From an uncultured archaeon (GTDB taxonomy: Archaea; Asgardarchaeota; Heimdallarchaeia; Heimdallarchaeales; Heimdallarchaeaceae): a stretch of DNA of 35,224 nt. The stretch spans positions 23,616-58,839 of the forward strand of contig CAZHRF010000016.1 in NCBI GenBank assembly GCA_964534625.1, read 5' to 3'. This document shows, in pieces, positions 8,392 to 18,052 of the stretch. The notes beneath the pieces were generated by a model. That model saw only the letters and a list, made by a program, of their open reading frames with translations. It did no database searches and was not told where the DNA came from. The number at the start of each line of letters is the position of its first letter. Within the stretch, counting starts at the first letter, position 1. A program made the translations under genes and the position numbers.

Positions 8392-10248
8392 ATGATGAAA
8401 AGAAAAACGATCTCATTATTTATACTATCCTTATTTTTCTTATCTATAGGAATAAATGAAATGTCTCTCAATATGATATCAGCAGAGACAAACAAGCCCC
8501 CTGCACCTGAAATTATTGAAATTGATCCCCCTGGCTATTATTTTGCCAATGAGACTAATATTACTGTTTATTATTCAGTTGAACGTTTTAAAGGCGTAAA
8601 TGGAATTCTACTTGTGGGTGAAGGGTCTAATCTTACAATAAATCTAAACCACGCTTTACAGCTTAATTTTTCACACTCATTACGAGATCGTTCTTATTAT
8701 AATGGAACATTTACACTTACGAGTAATACAAAATTCAAGGCATATTCTTGGAGCCAAGAAATAACAAATGGAACATATGAAGATCTGGATCCATTTAATC
8801 ACCAAGATGGGTGGCATTATTTATATGCAAGAACTGACCGTTTCACCCCTCAGTTATATTTTATTAATGCCACTGAAACACAAGCTGGAAGTGGGATTTA
8901 TTATGCAAAAGAAAATGCAACTATAAATGTGAAATATGTAGTAAATAATGGAAATACAACTAATCCTGAATCTGTTACATTGGCATATTCGGTGCATAGA
9001 GACAAAATTAAGAATGGATCATTAGTGAACATTGATGATGATACTGGCATTAATTTTATAGAAATGGAATTTGAAGAATTAGAAGAAGGTACAGATTATC
9101 CTATTTATCAAACGACATTCAATTTCACATGGAGAACAATTTATTTCTGTGCTAATAACTCAGAAGGGTGGGATTTACATCCTCAAACAGGCGAGTTGAA
9201 TATTTATGAGATAAATAATGGTTTTTCATTTAGTTCAAAACCAGCAATTAGTGAACTTTATACTGATATTGATGATGTGACAATATCAATAGTTGTAAAA
9301 AATGCAACAGAAGAAGACAGTTTTGGAATTGGATATAGTGTAGAACAAAGCAAAGATAATGATACAGTGATTAAAGAATGGGAAGAAATAATGGTTAGTT
9401 CTTATACTGAAGCAAATCAAACGAGTGAAGAAGGATACAATACAACAGTAAGAACCTATACTGCTAATTTGGGGAAGTATGATCTTGACAACCTAATCTA
9501 CTATAAAGCCTTTAATATATACCATGGCGAAATCTACAATGAGACACAAAGCCATACAATAATAGTTTATGATTCCAAACCAAGTCTATCACTAAAACCT
9601 ACAGATGGTAGATATTTAAATAATGCCACTGTAAACTTCAGATTTGAGATAGAGATGATTAAAGGAAATGTATCGGAGATATTGTTCAATTTTGGAGATG
9701 GAAATATGGCCAATATTCAAGATCTTGAAAGCAATTCAACTATCCATTATTATGATGCTAATGTATCACGAGATTATAATGTGACCCTGTCTGTTATTGG
9801 TACAATCAACACAACAACAGATGGAATAGTCAATACAACACGTAATGTAACGCATACAATTTACTTGGATTTCATCACTCCAACATGCGAGATAACATGG
9901 GCTACTAATGATTCAGTAAGCACAGATGGATATATTAGTATGAATTTCACATATGGTGATGCTTATGGTAAGATAAAAAGAGTATGGATTTATTGGGGTG
10001 ATGGTGTGGTTGAAAATATTACTAGTGCTAATTCAAGAACTCATCGATATCTAGAAGATGGCGAGTATGAGGTTATAATTCAAGTAGTTGACTACGCAGG
10101 AAATGAATTCAATGTGTCAATAGTCTTTGAAGTAGAATATGAAATCGAAACTCCTCAAGAAACAAGTTTTGGTGCAATAGTACCAATTTTATCGTTTATG
10201 ACTTTAGGATTGATACCTACTTTTATGAAAAAGAAAAAAGAGAGATAA
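8392..10248 (+). CDS. Secreted, membrane-anchored surface glycoprotein with two PKD-like domains
   Basis: Signal peptide (KRK plus hydrophobic stretch), many N-x-S/T sequons, PKD motifs FNFGDGN and IYWGDG...HRYLEDGEYEV, and a C-terminal TM helix followed by KKKKER. Confidence 0.8.
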   Translation: MMKRKTISLFILSLFFLSIGINEMSLNMISAETNKPPAPEIIEIDPPGYYFANETNITVYYSVERFKGVNGILLVGEGSNLTINLNHALQLNFSHSLRDRSYYNGTFTLTSNTKFKAYSWSQEITNGTYEDLDPFNHQDGWHYLYARTDRFTPQLYFINATETQAGSGIYYAKENATINVKYVVNNGNTTNPESVTLAYSVHRDKIKNGSLVNIDDDTGINFIEMEFEELEEGTDYPIYQTTFNFTWRTIYFCANNSEGWDLHPQTGELNIYEINNGFSFSSKPAISELYTDIDDVTISIVVKNATEEDSFGIGYSVEQSKDNDTVIKEWEEIMVSSYTEANQTSEEGYNTTVRTYTANLGKYDLDNLIYYKAFNIYHGEIYNETQSHTIIVYDSKPSLSLKPTDGRYLNNATVNFRFEIEMIKGNVSEILFNFGDGNMANIQDLESNSTIHYYDANVSRDYNVTLSVIGTINTTTDGIVNTTRNVTHTIYLDFITPTCEITWATNDSVSTDGYISMNFTYGDAYGKIKRVWIYWGDGVVENITSANSRTHRYLEDGEYEVIIQVVDYAGNEFNVSIVFEVEYEIETPQETSFGAIVPILSFMTLGLIPTFMKKKKER

Positions 10249-10250
10249 AA

Positions 10251-12176
10251 CTATAATTCTTTTTCTTTTCCTTCTTTTACTCCATTTTTACCATTTGTTA
10301 ATTTAAACTTATAACTAACAGTTTCTTTGGATTTTAGATTGGGGATGTCTATATGAAAGTTTAAACGAAGATCTTTAAATCTTTTAGTGACTTCCCAACG
10401 AACAGAAGAAGGAATTTCTATGTATACTTTTTGGTTTAATTGTTTATTAATGATTGAAAAATTTGTCATATCTTTATTACTAGCGTCAAAGTCATACCAA
10501 ATATCTTGTTTGGTAATTTGTGGGCTTACTTCTGTACCCGTATTAAAGATTGACAAAGAGTAAATATCAACGTCTTCGATGTCTTTTCCATCGTTTTCAA
10601 TTGAATAAACAATGTCAATGCTATTTTGATTATTGTTAAAAATGTAAGATTTGTAGAGTTTAAGCCCTCGATAAATGTAATTGATGAAAGTAAATTTATC
10701 AAAATCTTGGTGGTGTTCAATTTTTAAAGTGTACCATTCATTAAAAAGATTGAATTGTCCTTGGTATTTTTTTGAAACTATGTCATACATAATTCCATAC
10801 CTGGGTTCGGGTGTGTCAGAAACACATTTTTCGCTTATGGGGGACGAACAGAGAATTTCACCTGTTTTTGGATGGAAAAGATCCATTATTTTTCCTCCTC
10901 TGTGAGAAAATTTGGCAAAATACTCTTTACCCCAATAAATGATATTTGAGCCTTTCTCAACCAATTCAACAAAAGGTGCATGTTCTATAGTATTTGGGGA
11001 CAATAAGCCCTGTAATAATTTGAATATTAAATCCAAATACGTGATATTATTCCACGTGTTGATAATATTCTCAATATTGATATCTCTATATTGAATGGTT
11101 CCACAATTTGCAAAACCAACATTTTGATAACATTTGAGCATGACATTCCAGCAATACATTATAAATTGTTCAATAGAAGAATCTTTTATTTTCCCATTTT
11201 TTCTATTCTTTTCTTGAAAATAAAGTATTTTTGTAAGATAATTGCCAAATAATGTAGTAAAATACTGACAATTGAGATTAATATAATTACTACTCGACTG
11301 CTTCATCATATGTGCTATCTCTAGGCTATAACCTGATTGTAGATCGATAGTCTCAAATGAATCTCCGTTCTCTTTAATTAAAAGTGAAGGAAGGATGTTG
11401 TCAAATTGAGGGTTGTATTGCATGCTAGCAGTATGGAAAAAATTTGACCATTTGATGCTTTCAATAGCTGGTGAGTACTGAATGGGATTAAGATCAATAA
11501 TAAGGGATAAGTAATTGTCAAAATCTGAAGTTTCACCTATAATCTTTTCTATTTTTTTGTAAATATAACTAAAATCACCTGTATTTATAGTGTCTCTGAG
11601 AACATCTGGAAATAAACGAAAGATCGTACTTAGGCTAATCGAGGGAAAAACACTTATTTGTTCGTTTTCTAGTTTATATGGGCGTAAAATTGAAGATGGG
11701 ATGGTAGTTGTATTTATTTGTAAAGTATCAGCAATTACTTTCCAATCAACATAAACATATTCACAATTGTTGTTAGTTAATACTGGCTTAAAACGATTAT
11801 CCCAGCATCCGAATGAATCATAGAATCCCTTTATGTAGCTGTTTGGATATGTTTTTTTTAACTGTTTATAAGACCGCTGAAGTTGTTTTTCAATAATCTG
11901 ATCCTCAAAATCTTTAAAAAATGGTATAAAACTAGAATAACTTGATGCACAAATCTCATTTCTTTTAGTTAAACAAAGTTTTGAGATGGACTTTAAGATT
12001 GTTTCATCTTCCCATAGAAGAGTTTCTAAGAACAAATTGTTGAATGAAATTGTATTTCTAGCCTGTTTATTTTCCCGTATCCATTCAACCATACGCTGAT
12101 ATTGTAGCCTCTCTTCTTGTGTTAAAGGTTTTCTCTCTCTAGATATATTATAGTGATTCGTAAAGTGTATTGGCAT
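10251..12176 (-). CDS. Divergent glycoside hydrolase family 57-like protein (4-alpha-glucanotransferase-like architecture), probably inactive
   Basis: GFYDSFGCWDNRFKPVLTNNNCEYVYVDW aligns by eye with the GH57 GxWLxERVWxPxLxxxLxxAGIxYVxVDD region, and EICASSY aligns with EIxxxGFY. The C-terminus is beta-rich (DUF1926-like). Confidence 0.55.
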   Translation of the reverse strand: MPIHFTNHYNISRERKPLTQEERLQYQRMVEWIRENKQARNTISFNNLFLETLLWEDETILKSISKLCLTKRNEICASSYSSFIPFFKDFEDQIIEKQLQRSYKQLKKTYPNSYIKGFYDSFGCWDNRFKPVLTNNNCEYVYVDWKVIADTLQINTTTIPSSILRPYKLENEQISVFPSISLSTIFRLFPDVLRDTINTGDFSYIYKKIEKIIGETSDFDNYLSLIIDLNPIQYSPAIESIKWSNFFHTASMQYNPQFDNILPSLLIKENGDSFETIDLQSGYSLEIAHMMKQSSSNYINLNCQYFTTLFGNYLTKILYFQEKNRKNGKIKDSSIEQFIMYCWNVMLKCYQNVGFANCGTIQYRDINIENIINTWNNITYLDLIFKLLQGLLSPNTIEHAPFVELVEKGSNIIYWGKEYFAKFSHRGGKIMDLFHPKTGEILCSSPISEKCVSDTPEPRYGIMYDIVSKKYQGQFNLFNEWYTLKIEHHQDFDKFTFINYIYRGLKLYKSYIFNNNQNSIDIVYSIENDGKDIEDVDIYSLSIFNTGTEVSPQITKQDIWYDFDASNKDMTNFSIINKQLNQKVYIEIPSSVRWEVTKRFKDLRLNFHIDIPNLKSKETVSYKFKLTNGKNGVKEGKEKEL

Positions 12177-12340
12177 CAAAGGTACAAAAATCTAACACTT
12201 TTTTAACTTGTTTATTAAGTAAAACAAATACTTGATTAACTATAATTGCTGTCAGTTATTGTTTTGTCCATCTAATATGGCTTTTCTTACTTTTTTTTAT
12301 ATATGTTGTACGTACTTTGACACATATTAATTTGGATACC

Positions 12341-12348
12341 TTTATATA
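12341..12348 (+). promoter_or_regulatory. Probable archaeal TATA box for tfb
   Basis: TTTATATA lies about 35-40 bp upstream of ATG 12383. Confidence 0.45.
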
Positions 12349-12382
12349 TCGCCAATGGTTTACTCTCTTAGTGGTAACTTAT

Positions 12383-13348
12383 ATGAACCAGTATGATAGT
12401 GAAACTGTTTGTCCCAATTGTGCTTCCTCAGAAATAGTTTTTGATTATATTAGAGGAGAAAAAATTTGCCGAAATTGTGGAGTAGTGATGTCAAAAATTA
12501 TCGATAAATCACCAGAATGGCGAGCATTTACAAAACAAGAAAAATCAAATCGTTCTAGAGTTGGATCACCTATTTCAGCCTTAAAGTCAGATTTTGGTTT
12601 GAGTTCTCAAATCTGTTTTGCTCGTAAAGACAGTTATGGAAGAAATCTATCGCCATCAACAATTTCTAAAATGCGTAGATTACGTTGGTTAAATAGGAGT
12701 ACCACTAGATCTCATATCAGAAATCTGCGTATTGCATTAAGGCAACTTAAACGAATGATTAGTCAGCTGGAAATTAGTGATGAAGTAGCAGAAACTGCTG
12801 CAACAATTTATAGAAAAGCTTTGAAAGCTGATCTTATACGTGGTAGAAGTATTGAATCTATGGTCGCAGCTGCGGTATATATCGCCGCAAGACAACACCA
12901 TATCCCTCAAACGCTAAAAGATGTAGAAATTACAGTTGGCGTTAATAGAAAGATTATTGCGCGTTGTTTCCGACTTTATGTGCAAGAACTAAACATAAAA
13001 CCAGCAAGAATTAATCCAAAGGTGTTGCTTAGCAAACTTTGTGATAAACTTAAGTTAACAACAAATACTCAAAATGAAGCAATGAAAATACTTGAAGAAG
13101 CATGTAATCAAAAATTGAACGTAGGAAAAAATCCAATGAGTATAGCGGCTGCAGCTATTTACATAGCAGGAATAAGAACAGGTGAAAGAAGAACACAACA
13201 ACAAGTAGCCAAAGCAGCAAAAACAACTCCTGTAACTTTAAGAAATAGATTTAGGGAGATAGTTGATAACCTAGATCTTGCAAATGTGGTAGTAAAGAGA
13301 GGGGCAGCTTCAGCTCCAGTATATGTTCGGGATCCTTGGAAATTTTAA
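12383..13348 (+). CDS. tfb: Transcription initiation factor IIB (TFB)
   Basis: Zn ribbon CPNC...CRNCG, B-reader IDKSPEWRAF...RSRVG, and cyclin repeats LIRGRSIES..AAAVY and GKNP.SIAAAAIY. Start is ATG 12383 rather than the track's TTG 12317. Confidence 0.96.
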   Translation: MNQYDSETVCPNCASSEIVFDYIRGEKICRNCGVVMSKIIDKSPEWRAFTKQEKSNRSRVGSPISALKSDFGLSSQICFARKDSYGRNLSPSTISKMRRLRWLNRSTTRSHIRNLRIALRQLKRMISQLEISDEVAETAATIYRKALKADLIRGRSIESMVAAAVYIAARQHHIPQTLKDVEITVGVNRKIIARCFRLYVQELNIKPARINPKVLLSKLCDKLKLTTNTQNEAMKILEEACNQKLNVGKNPMSIAAAAIYIAGIRTGERRTQQQVAKAAKTTPVTLRNRFREIVDNLDLANVVVKRGAASAPVYVRDPWKF

Positions 13349-13375
13349 TATTTCTCCTTTTTAGTCTTTTTATCT

Positions 13376-14756
13376 ATGCTTAGCCAGAAGTCCCACTCCT
13401 TGAGGGGTGAGATGAATGGCAAAAAAAACACAACAAAAGTCAGTTTTAGTATACAAACATTTTTGAACAAAAAAAACCAAGAGAAGGATGAGATGAAGGT
13501 CAACAGAGCATATAAAGTAAGGATATACGCTACAAAAGAACAAGAACACATGCTCATAAAGACCTTCGGGTGTTGTAGGTTCCTCTGGAATAACATGCTA
13601 GCGGAACGAAAAGAGATATACGAAAAACTAAAAGACAACAAAGAAGAACTGTACGAGTACACCTATAAAACAGAAAAGGAGTATAAACAAGCGTATACGT
13701 TCCTGAAAGACGTGGGGAGTAGGGCGTTACAAGAAGAACGAATACACCTAGAACGGGCATTCAAAGAGTTTTTCAAAGGAACACGGGGATACCCCAAGTT
13801 TAAGTCCAAGAAACACCCTCGTCAAAGTTTTACGACCTACAATGTTAACAACAACGTAAAGATAGATTTTAAGAAAAAGAAGATTAAAGTACCCAAAATT
13901 AAGCAATGGTTCAAGTATAGAGACAACAGAATCTTTACTGAACCGATTAAAATTAGTACCATCTCGAAAACCAAGAGTGGAAAATAGTATATTTCACTAG
14001 TAATAGAAAAGAAGATCGAGATACATCCTAAAAACGAAATTAAAGCGTTTAAAATTAGAGCATTTGACATGTCAACTACATACTTCCTCGTTTCAGAGGA
14101 GGATGAAACTTACTAGCCCCCGATTCTACCGAAAAGAAGAAAAGAAACTTAAACGTTTACACCGCTGGGTATCGAGGAAGAAGAAGGGGTCGGAAAACAG
14201 GAAAAAAGCCAAGAAAAGACTAGCCCGTTTCTATGATAAAATAAATAACAGACGCAAAGATTGGGTGCATAAAACGACCACAAAGTTAGCCGAGTTATAC
14301 GATGCTATTATCCTCGAAGACCTGAATGTTAAAGGTATGCAACAGTTTACTATAGGGGTAAGTAAATCGGTGACCTTAGACTTTTCTTGGAGTGAGTTTG
14401 TAAGATTAGTAGAGTACAAACTCGAAGAACGGGGCAAGTATGTGATAAAAGTTGATAGGTTTTTTCTTTCCAGTAAGCAGTGTTCGACATGTGGCTATAC
14501 ACACACCACGTTACGATTATCTGAACGGGAGTGGACGTGTTCTTTATATGGTGCCGTCCATGACCAAGATGTTAACGCTTCCCGTAACGTATACTCTGAG
14601 GGATGTAGAACCCTCGACGAGCTTGGTGTCTCCATACAATGTACCGTCGGGACGAAGGGACCTATAGACGACGCTTGTGGAGGAGAGGTAAGTCCTCATT
14701 TTGAGGCCACTTCGTTGAAGCAAGAAACCATCTGCCTGTAGGCAGTGGTAGTTCAT
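13376..14756 (+). mobile_element. IS200/IS605-family, IS1341-type (tnpB-only) insertion sequence, decayed
   Basis: Left-end hairpin gcca-gaag-tcccactcc-ttga-ggggtgaga-tgaa-tggc (13383-13420). Right-end GAAA plus hairpin acca-t-ctgcc-tgta-ggcag-tggt, then AGTTCAT ending at 14756. tnpB lies between them, with no tnpA, and is visibly more GC-rich than the flanks. The left boundary is approximate. Confidence 0.88.
13493..14741 (+). pseudogene. tnpB: TnpB RNA-guided endonuclease pseudogene (nonsense mutation plus frameshift)
   Basis: N-terminal RAYKVRIY...FGCCRFLWN and GYPKFKSK. In-frame TAG at 13985 (KSGK*YIS, usually KYY). RuvC-I AFDMS at 14060 is in the same frame, then a 1-nt frameshift near 14100 leads into the frame carrying ILEDLNVKGM, SSKQCSTCG and HDQDVNASRN. 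About 415 aa when reconstructed. Confidence 0.9.
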
Positions 14757-14831
14757 TGTATTACTCTGATGTTTTCACGGTATTAATTTTTATTATAGAA
14801 TAGAAAAGAAATTTGAGTATGGTGTTCATGT

Positions 14832-15191
14832 ATGTTCTTTAAAAAATGGCGATCCGATAATGAAGAAAAACCAATTAATGAAAGCACAGTAATTACAAAT
14901 AGAAAACCTTCGGGAATTAAATTCTACAGATTATCTGACATTGTAAAAACTGATAGAATAATGGGCGAAGTAAATGATGGAAATGTAATCTTCTTGAATA
15001 TTGGAGAAATATTGACCTATCCTGATAGAAAACATAACTTTTTACAAGCCTTAAAAACTTGCTCTAATGATAGTAAGGCTTTTCTAAGGATGGTTTCAGA
15101 TGATACTGTTATGATAGCACCTCCAGAAATGCCTATTGAAATAAATACACTTCTACCAGAAACTGTGTTAATTGAAAAAGATCAACAATAA
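14832..15191 (+). CDS. sepF: Cell division protein SepF homologue (archaeal type)
   Basis: N-terminal amphipathic MFFKKW. Core DRIMGEVNDGNVIFLNI...LQALK...VSDDTVMIAP matches the archaeal SepF pattern. The usual GG of GGDI is absent, so it is divergent. Confidence 0.65.
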   Translation: MFFKKWRSDNEEKPINESTVITNRKPSGIKFYRLSDIVKTDRIMGEVNDGNVIFLNIGEILTYPDRKHNFLQALKTCSNDSKAFLRMVSDDTVMIAPPEMPIEINTLLPETVLIEKDQQ

Positions 15192-15265
15192 TTTAACGTA
15201 AAGTTAAAAATGTACACCTCAAAAATTTGAACTAGAAAAAACAAGACATACTAAATACTATAAGA

Positions 15266-15466
15266 TTAACCACCAGTGATAGCTGGTAAAATTAGCACTT
15301 TATCGTCTGGTTTAATAACTGTTTTAAGATCAGAAACAACATCGCCATTCATAACCACAACTATTCCCTCGGAAGTGAGATTGTGTTCAAGTAACATTTT
15401 TTCTAAAGTAGTCTGTTTTTGTGATATAACAGTTAACAATGCACCTTTTTGTTCGGAATTATTCAT
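15266..15466 (-). CDS. ThiS/MoaD-family ubiquitin-like small archaeal modifier protein (SAMP)
   Basis: 66 aa beta-grasp pattern VVVMNG...IKPDDKVLILPAITGG with a C-terminal diglycine. Confidence 0.9.
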   Translation of the reverse strand: MNNSEQKGALLTVISQKQTTLEKMLLEHNLTSEGIVVVMNGDVVSDLKTVIKPDDKVLILPAITGG

Positions 15467-15618
15467 TATGTATCATGATAACATAGATTCCCAAATTGAT
15501 AAAGTTTTTTCTTTGGAAAGAATTGTAATTCTAGTTGTCTAATCATCACATTGACTTTTTCACTATACATTTGATAATGCTTTCTGACAGTTTTTGATAT
15601 TAATTACCTTTCTTCTTT

Positions 15619-16599
15619 TTATTTAATTACGTCCCAAACTGTTTTAACTTTAAAAGGATCAAATTTTATAATATCATCAATTTCTATTGCAATATTCCCT
15701 GTTTTACCATGAATGGAAAGTGGCATTCTGCTGACTCTTCTAGTATCCATGGTAACTTTTCTATCTATTCTTGGATAACGACACAGAATAATTTCATTGG
15801 ATAACTTTGCTCTTATTTCGGGTTTAATAGGTACAATTTGATTATATGTTAAATGATCAAATTCTTTAGAATTTCTTACTCTCTCAATTATATATTTGGC
15901 TTGTTGGGCAGAAAGTCCTATCGTTTTTAGTTCTTTTTGCGTTACATTAAGAAAATAAGCTTTAGCAATAATAGAATAGATTCGGTTTCTTAATGATTTT
16001 GCTGAATCTGGTATCTCATCAATTGATTGGCTACGTTTTTTATCATGAATAAATCCTAGATAATTGAGTATAGCAGTGCGTATCTTTTGATCATATGTTT
16101 GTGCTCTCTTATCTATAATCCACCCATGGACGCCTCTTCGCCCTGAAAAAAGCCATCTTATGTCAGTATATCCAAAATCTTTTTTCATGGTTTCATCAAT
16201 AAAAATAACGGCGTCTTTTATTAGTGACCAACAATCAAAACAAAACTCATAACCTTTGCAACCACAAGTACGTACGAGGTCGTATTCATCAATATCTAAA
16301 TCAAAGATGAATTCTCTGTATTTCCATTCTATTTTTTGGATAGGATTGTCTCTAGAGGGAGACGTACTATATACAGCTCCAATATATGCATGTAAAACAC
16401 TATTTTCCACCATGAACTGTCTTAATGCATTAGTATTTGGAAATGAGATGTTTCTGATAAATCTACCACTAGGGACTACAAAACCAAATTCGCGCTTGTT
16501 AAAGTTAGTTAGACCAATATAGGATAAAAGAGTACTAAAATCAAAGTGATCTTTATAATATTCAGAAATTATTCCTGTTGTTAATTCTTTTTCTGACAT
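15619..16599 (-). CDS. priS: DNA primase small (catalytic) subunit
   Basis: REFGF, EFIFDLDIDEY (DxD), Zn knuckle RTCGC..FCFDCW, FSGRRGVH and YPRIDRKVT..R..RMPLSIHGKTG. Confidence 0.96.
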   Translation of the reverse strand: MSEKELTTGIISEYYKDHFDFSTLLSYIGLTNFNKREFGFVVPSGRFIRNISFPNTNALRQFMVENSVLHAYIGAVYSTSPSRDNPIQKIEWKYREFIFDLDIDEYDLVRTCGCKGYEFCFDCWSLIKDAVIFIDETMKKDFGYTDIRWLFSGRRGVHGWIIDKRAQTYDQKIRTAILNYLGFIHDKKRSQSIDEIPDSAKSLRNRIYSIIAKAYFLNVTQKELKTIGLSAQQAKYIIERVRNSKEFDHLTYNQIVPIKPEIRAKLSNEIILCRYPRIDRKVTMDTRRVSRMPLSIHGKTGNIAIEIDDIIKFDPFKVKTVWDVIK

Positions 16600-16615
16600 T
16601 TTTCACCATCTTCTG

Positions 16616-18007
16616 TTAATTGTCTTCATTAAATGATTTATCTTCATCTTCGCGTTCTTTTTGTGTCCTTTGTTGCTCTTTTTGGTTATCAGTTTTTTTT
16701 TCTGACTTCTTAGGATATTCATGAAAACGTTTGAAAGCTGCTTCGGTATATCTAAGCATGTGACCCATGGGGTATTTATTAGTCCACCCAGTATGAAGAT
16801 TAAAATATCTTGAGCAAGCCTTTCTATATCTCCCATTTATAATTAACAATGAAATATCTTCTATTGCTTGTTGAACTTTTTCCTCCTGCTTTTCACTAAA
16901 TCGCTCTTTGATATCTTCAGTCAGCATTTTGACATTGCGGTGGGCAAAATAACAATAATATCCTTCAATACAGGTTTTACACTTAGGCGGATCATAATCA
17001 GTACCACCCCCCGTTTCTCCATAAATGTGTTTAATTTGATATCCTATTTTGCTACTAAATTCATCAAAATCTATACCTATATTATCAACAGAATTTTCAT
17101 ACCAAAAACGTAATTGCTGTTCTACTGACATCCCGACACGTTTAAGAAAAGTTCCTAATTGCCAATTCTCTGCGTGAGATAAATGTCCTTTTGATTGTAG
17201 AATGGATATAAGTTCACGTATACAAGGGGGAAAACAGTCAATTTTATTATAGATCTTCTTACCAGAAGCAACATCACTTGAAAGAATACCGTCTTTAAAT
17301 GAAGTTTTCCGTGCAATTCGTGTAATTTTTTCTTTGAAAGGTTTAATTGTAGTTTCCAATTGTTTATTGTTTTTTAATAATTCTTTGGATTTATCAATAG
17401 TTTCTTTTAAAATCTTTTCAAATTTGCGTTTTACTTCTAATCTAATTGTATAAAGTTGAACAATTGCCCATCCTCTAAAAAGTAAGGCTTTTTTTGCACC
17501 AATTGTATCAGGAATTTGATCAAACCAAACAGCAATATGTTTTTGAAGATCAGGGTTTTTTCTTCTTTTTTTTCTTCTACTACTACTCTCTGTAATGTTA
17601 AATGTAGTATAAATATCAATGTCATGGATACGGTGGATTTCATCTAAGGTTCTAATGTGATTTTTCCCATATAAATGCTTTAAAACCGAAATTTTTTCAT
17701 TGAAATTAATGCTATTTATAAAACGAAATTCAAATAAATCGCCTTCAACCTCTACAAGCCAAGACATAAGTCTAGGATCTTTGCATACAGCTAGTCGTAA
17801 TAGAAAATGTCCGCCATATTCTTTTGCTAATTCTTTGTGCCATTCGGCAGGTGTCATCCAAATTGGTTTATTAATAAGCCAATAATTATTTTCAATCAAA
17901 CTATTCAAACGTTCTTCAGCATATTCATACCAATCGTGAGTATTAATTGAAATGTCTCCTGGATCACTTAAAATATACCAATCGGGAAGCTCGGTCATAA
18001 ACATCAT
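16616..18007 (-). CDS. priL: DNA primase large (Fe-S) subunit, eukaryote-like
   Basis: FPPCI...HLSH...LGTFL...YQIKHIYG...YDPPKC...C Fe-S domain, immediately upstream of priS. Confidence 0.93.
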   Translation of the reverse strand: MMFMTELPDWYILSDPGDISINTHDWYEYAEERLNSLIENNYWLINKPIWMTPAEWHKELAKEYGGHFLLRLAVCKDPRLMSWLVEVEGDLFEFRFINSINFNEKISVLKHLYGKNHIRTLDEIHRIHDIDIYTTFNITESSSRRKKRRKNPDLQKHIAVWFDQIPDTIGAKKALLFRGWAIVQLYTIRLEVKRKFEKILKETIDKSKELLKNNKQLETTIKPFKEKITRIARKTSFKDGILSSDVASGKKIYNKIDCFPPCIRELISILQSKGHLSHAENWQLGTFLKRVGMSVEQQLRFWYENSVDNIGIDFDEFSSKIGYQIKHIYGETGGGTDYDPPKCKTCIEGYYCYFAHRNVKMLTEDIKERFSEKQEEKVQQAIEDISLLIINGRYRKACSRYFNLHTGWTNKYPMGHMLRYTEAAFKRFHEYPKKSEKKTDNQKEQQRTQKEREDEDKSFNEDN

Positions 18008-18052
18008 TAAGTATTTGTTTGTTAACAGATAAACTGTTTTTTAAGATATTAA

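Noticed and set aside
13376-14741. Two separate genes, a Cas12f effector, or programmed recoding (TAG read-through/pyrrolysine plus frameshift)
   Set aside because: The fragments reconstruct one TnpB with several independent lesions, IS ends are present, and no CRISPR array, cas or pyl genes are in the window. Decay is the simpler explanation.
15266-15466. Eukaryote-type ubiquitin partnering the RING protein
   Set aside because: The sequence pattern is ThiS/MoaD/SAMP-like, and no E1, E2 or JAB genes are adjacent.
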